Shown here: piece by piece, positions 61,171-64,000 of the stretch
Layout of the letters: each line of letters opens with the position of its first letter
Numbering within the stretch: position 1 is the first letter of the stretch
DNA from: an uncultured Chloroflexia bacterium
GTDB taxonomy: Bacteria; Chloroflexota; Limnocylindria; Limnocylindrales; CSP1-4
DNA length: 64,000 bases
Assembly (NCBI GenBank): GCA_963759135.1
Contig: CAVWXU010000026.1
Location: forward strand, 2,854 to 66,853
Direction: 5' to 3'
Position numbers and translations under genes: made by a program
The notes under the pieces: generated by a model
What the model was told of the DNA's origin: nothing
The model's database searches: none
What the model saw: the letters and a program-made list of their open reading frames with translations, nothing else

Positions 61171-61728
61171 ATGGTCTCGACCGGCGACCTGCGCAAGGGG
61201 ATCGTGATCGAGCTCGACGGCGAGCTCTGGCAGGTCCTCGACTACCACCACATCAAGATGGGCCGCGGATCCGCGCAGGTTCGCATCAAGCTCAGGAACG
61301 TCAAGCGAGGGCAGACGGTCGAGCGGTCGTTCCAGGCCGGCGACAAGTGGCCGCGCGCGCACCTGGACCGGCGCCAGGTGCAGTTCCTCTATCGCGATGG
61401 CGACGACTTCCACTTCATGGAGACCGAGTCGTTCGAGCAGTTCACGCTGACATCCGAGCAGCTCGGCGACGCGGTCCCGTATCTGCTGGACGGAATGATG
61501 CTCGACCGCACCAGCTACGAGGGCGAGACGATCGGCGTCGAACTGCCGATCACCGTCGACATGGTCGTGACCCAGACGGAGCCAGGGTTTGCGGGCGACA
61601 CGGCCACCGGCGCACGCAAGTCGGCCACCACCGGCAGCGGTCTGACCGTGCAGGTTCCGCTGTTCGTCGGTGAGGGCGACACCATCCGTATCGACACTCG
61701 CACCGGCGAGTACCTGACACGGGTCTGA
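61171..61728 (+). CDS. efp: Elongation factor P
   Basis: ATG 61171 follows AGGAG, inside track ORF 60787..61728, with TACAAT at 61102-61107. The modification-loop residue is Arg32 (KMGRGSA). Confidence 0.97.
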   Translation: MVSTGDLRKGIVIELDGELWQVLDYHHIKMGRGSAQVRIKLRNVKRGQTVERSFQAGDKWPRAHLDRRQVQFLYRDGDDFHFMETESFEQFTLTSEQLGDAVPYLLDGMMLDRTSYEGETIGVELPITVDMVVTQTEPGFAGDTATGARKSATTGSGLTVQVPLFVGEGDTIRIDTRTGEYLTRV

Positions 61729-61748
61729 ACGTCCCCCGATCCGCGGGC

Positions 61749-63256
61749 ATGCACGCGCGTCGCGGCGATCGGGCGGTGAGCGAAGAGCGCCCCTGGGAGC
61801 GCTGGCTGCGGCGGGAGGCTGTCCCGCCAGAGGGCCCTCCCGGTCCGGAGCCCCCTCCCTGGGCCGAGAGTCTGACGCCGCCGGCCGGCCGGTCCTCGTC
61901 CGCCGCCGCACCTCGCGGGCAAGAGCCGGGGCCGCGGCCCGCAACACCGGCGCCACGCGCGGTTGCGTCGCGCATCTGGAGCGTCGGAGACATCACGCGT
62001 GTCATACGGGACGTCGTGCGCGGCGAGCCGGCCCTGCGCGACCTCTGGGTCGAGGGTGAGCTCGGGACAGGTCACCGTGAGCGCCGCGGGACACGGCTAC
62101 TTCACGCTCCGGGACGCGCGCTCCCAACTGTCCTGCGTCTTCTTCCGCACCCAGCGCCTGGCCAGCCCGTTCGAGCTCCGGACGGGGCTGCGCGTGATCG
62201 TGCACGGGCGGATCGACGTGTACGACGCCGCCGGCACGTACCAGCTCTACGTGGAGACGGTGCAACCGGCCGGTTTCGGAGACCTCGCGCTGCGCTTCGA
62301 GGCGCTGAAGGCCCGCCTTGCGGCGGAAGGGCTGTTCGATGCGACACGCCGCCGACCACTGCCCGTCTCCCCCCGCCTGATCGGGGTCGCGACCAGCCCG
62401 ACCGGGGCCGTGCTCCACGACATCCGGCACGTCCTGCGACGCCGGTGGCCCCTGGCGCGCGTGGTGCTGGCGCCATGCCAGGTCCAGGGCGAGTCGGCAC
62501 CCCCGACCATCGTGGCGGCGCTGGAACGACTCGCCCGGTGGCGCGACCCGGGCACCGGCGCATCCCCCGACGTCGTCATCCTCGCACGCGGCGGCGGCTC
62601 GCTTGAGGACCTGTGGGCGTTCAACGACGAGCGCGTGGTGCGGGCCGTGGCCGCCTCACCGGTTCCCGTCGTGACGGGCATCGGGCACGAGACGGACGTC
62701 ACGCTCGTCGATTTCGCGGCCGACGTTCGGGCCCCCACGCCGTCCGCGGCCGCGGAGCTCGTGGTGCCATCCCGTGCGGAGGCCCTGGCCGCGCTTCGCG
62801 CGGCTCGCGCGCGGCTCACGGCAGCGGCCCTGCAGTCCATCGCCGGCCCACGCACGGCACTCGCGGGGGAGCGTCGCGCGCTGGCACGCTTCCACCCGGC
62901 GACGATGCTGGCAACGGAGCGCCAGCGCGCCGGCGACCTGCTGGATCGCGGGCGGCGGGCGCTGGATGCGCGTCTGGCGGGCGACCGAGCCCGGCTGGAA
63001 CGATCGGCGGATCGACTTCCCCTGCTCGTGAGGGGCCGGGTCGCGCGGGCCACGAGCGGACCTCCGATCCGCCGCGTCCGGCCTCGCCGCGCTCTCGCCG
63101 TACGCGACGCTCGAGCGCGGATACGCGATCGTGCGGACCGCAGACGGACATGTGCTGACGGCAGCCGCGGAGGCTGCACCGGGGGACTCGCTCGACGTGC
63201 GCCTGGCGAGGGGTGGATTGGACGCCACCGTAACGCACGTGCGAGACTCCGGGTGA
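61749..63256 (+). pseudogene. xseA: Exodeoxyribonuclease VII large subunit, frame broken twice (+1, +1) at about 62061-62068 and 63049-63053
   Basis: The N-terminus (...IWSVGDITRVIRDVVRGEPALRDLWVEGEL) is in the frame of track ORF 61749..62606. The core (GQVTVSAAGHGYFTLRD...ARGGGSLEDLWAFNDE...GIGHETD) is in the frame of ORF 61963..63585. The C-terminus (RADLRSAASGLAALSPYATLERGYAIV...) is in a third frame ending at TGA 63254-63256. The start is uncertain. Confidence 0.88.
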
Positions 63257-63585
63257 TGGAGACGGGCGAGGTGGAAGTCGTGGACGGAGCCGGGACGGCC
63301 GGTGTTGGTGCGGCCGACGCGGCGGACGGGATCCCGGCGCTGGCGTTCGACGCCGCCCTCGCGCAGCTCGGCGAGGTCGTCGCGCGGCTCGAGACCGGCA
63401 GCCTCCCGCTGGAGGCGTCGATCGCGCTCTACGAGCGCGGTGTCGCGCTCCATGCGCACTGCGCGCGCCTGCTCGACGACGCCGAGCTTCGCGTGCAGCG
63501 GCTCGTGGAGGACGCGGGGGGAACGCTGCGCGCGATCGACCTGGCCCCCGACGACCCGGACGACGAGGGGACGCCGAGCGCGTAG
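63256..63585 (+). CDS. xseB: Exodeoxyribonuclease VII small subunit
   Basis: ATG 63256 overlaps the xseA stop (TGATG). FDAALAQLGEVVARLETGSLPLEASIALYERG. In the track it is fused onto ORF 61963..63585. Confidence 0.85.
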   Translation: METGEVEVVDGAGTAGVGAADAADGIPALAFDAALAQLGEVVARLETGSLPLEASIALYERGVALHAHCARLLDDAELRVQRLVEDAGGTLRAIDLAPDDPDDEGTPSA

Positions 63586-63588
63586 AAT
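63583..63588 (+). promoter_or_regulatory. -10 element TAGAAT, 6 nt before dxs ATG (leaderless)
   Basis: The hexamer overlaps the xseB stop codon: GCGTAGAATCCCGCGATG. Confidence 0.45.
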
Positions 63589-63594
63589 CCCGCG

Positions 63595-64000
63595 ATGCCA
63601 CCCCTCCCGGAGGACGCCGTGTCGATCCTGGCGTCGCTGTCCGGGCCGCACGACCTGCGATCCCTCGACGAGTCCCAGCTCGAGTCGCTGTGCGAGGAGA
63701 TCCGGCGCACCATCGTGGAGACCGTCGCCGTCACGGGCGGTCATCTCGGCAGCTCGCTGGGCGTGGTGGAGCTCACCGTCGCGCTCCACCGACTGCTGGA
63801 GTCGCCCCGCGACCGGATCGTGTGGGACACGGGTCACCAGGCGTATCCGCACAAGCTGCTGACCGGGCGGCTGGACCGCTTCGGCACCCTCCGCCAGCTC
63901 GGCGGGCTGGGCGGCTTCCCGCGCCGCGCCGAGAGCGACCACGACGTCATGGACGGCGGGCACGCCGGCACCGCGCTGTCGATCGCACAGGGGCTGGCCG
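63595..64000 (+). CDS. dxs: 1-deoxy-D-xylulose-5-phosphate synthase (N-terminal part; runs off the window)
   Basis: Hand translation gives [24 protein letters not shown]...[19 protein letters not shown]...[18 protein letters not shown]...[12 protein letters not shown]. It is absent from the track because it has no stop within the window. Confidence 0.93.
   Translation, partial: MPPLPEDAVSILASLSGPHDLRSLDESQLESLCEEIRRTIVETVAVTGGHLGSSLGVVELTVALHRLLESPRDRIVWDTGHQAYPHKLLTGRLDRFGTLRQLGGLGGFPRRAESDHDVMDGGHAGTALSIAQGLA

Noticed and set aside
9272-63053. Programmed ribosomal frameshifting or transcriptional slippage as the explanation for the frame breaks.
   Set aside because: There are no shared slippery heptamers or downstream structures. 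The sites differ in sequence, alaS has two shifts 22 nt apart, and the STAND gene has a compensating pair. The pattern fits random indel errors.

Overview
This is a very GC-rich bacterial chromosomal segment; third codon positions are almost all G/C, so the six-frame track is full of spurious long ORFs. I support about 55 protein genes and one tRNA. I see no rRNA, CRISPR array, IS element or prophage. The content is mostly housekeeping, and local gene order resembles Bacillus and other Terrabacteria:
- mrfA-mrfB repair pair, then ftsH
- DnaB-like ATPase-ppa-HAD-thpR operon
- trpB2 behind a T-box, then tyrA
- nfeD-stomatin-REC/CpaE-like
- comM-dprA-(Ig/CAP protein)-topA-xerC
- murJ-femX-murE-femX-femX
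- relA-hisS-aspS, typA, iscS-mnmA
- alaS-(FtsA-like plus membrane partner)-ruvX-mltG
- two divergent AlaDH/PNT-family paralogues
- pepP-efp and xseA-xseB-dxs

The points most worth a second look:
1. A complete Trp-type T-box leader sits upstream of a stand-alone trpB2.
2. A Cheo-type LexA box overlaps the predicted mrfA-mrfB promoter.
3. About 10 genes have a -10 hexamer 6-9 nt before the ATG, which suggests leaderless mRNAs.
4. At least 8 single-base frame disruptions occur in conserved genes, including essential alaS. These are most likely assembly indels rather than biology.
5. Several intergenic tandem repeats are present, including a 3 x 55-bp array.
6. A 49-aa Flp pilin gene is missed by the track.
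7. An FtsA-like ATPase and a 600-aa membrane protein are inserted between alaS and ruvX.
8. A cyclase-STAND-TPR protein has no output domain.

Every call rests on reading motifs by eye; no database search was possible. Phylum cannot be assigned from this window alone.
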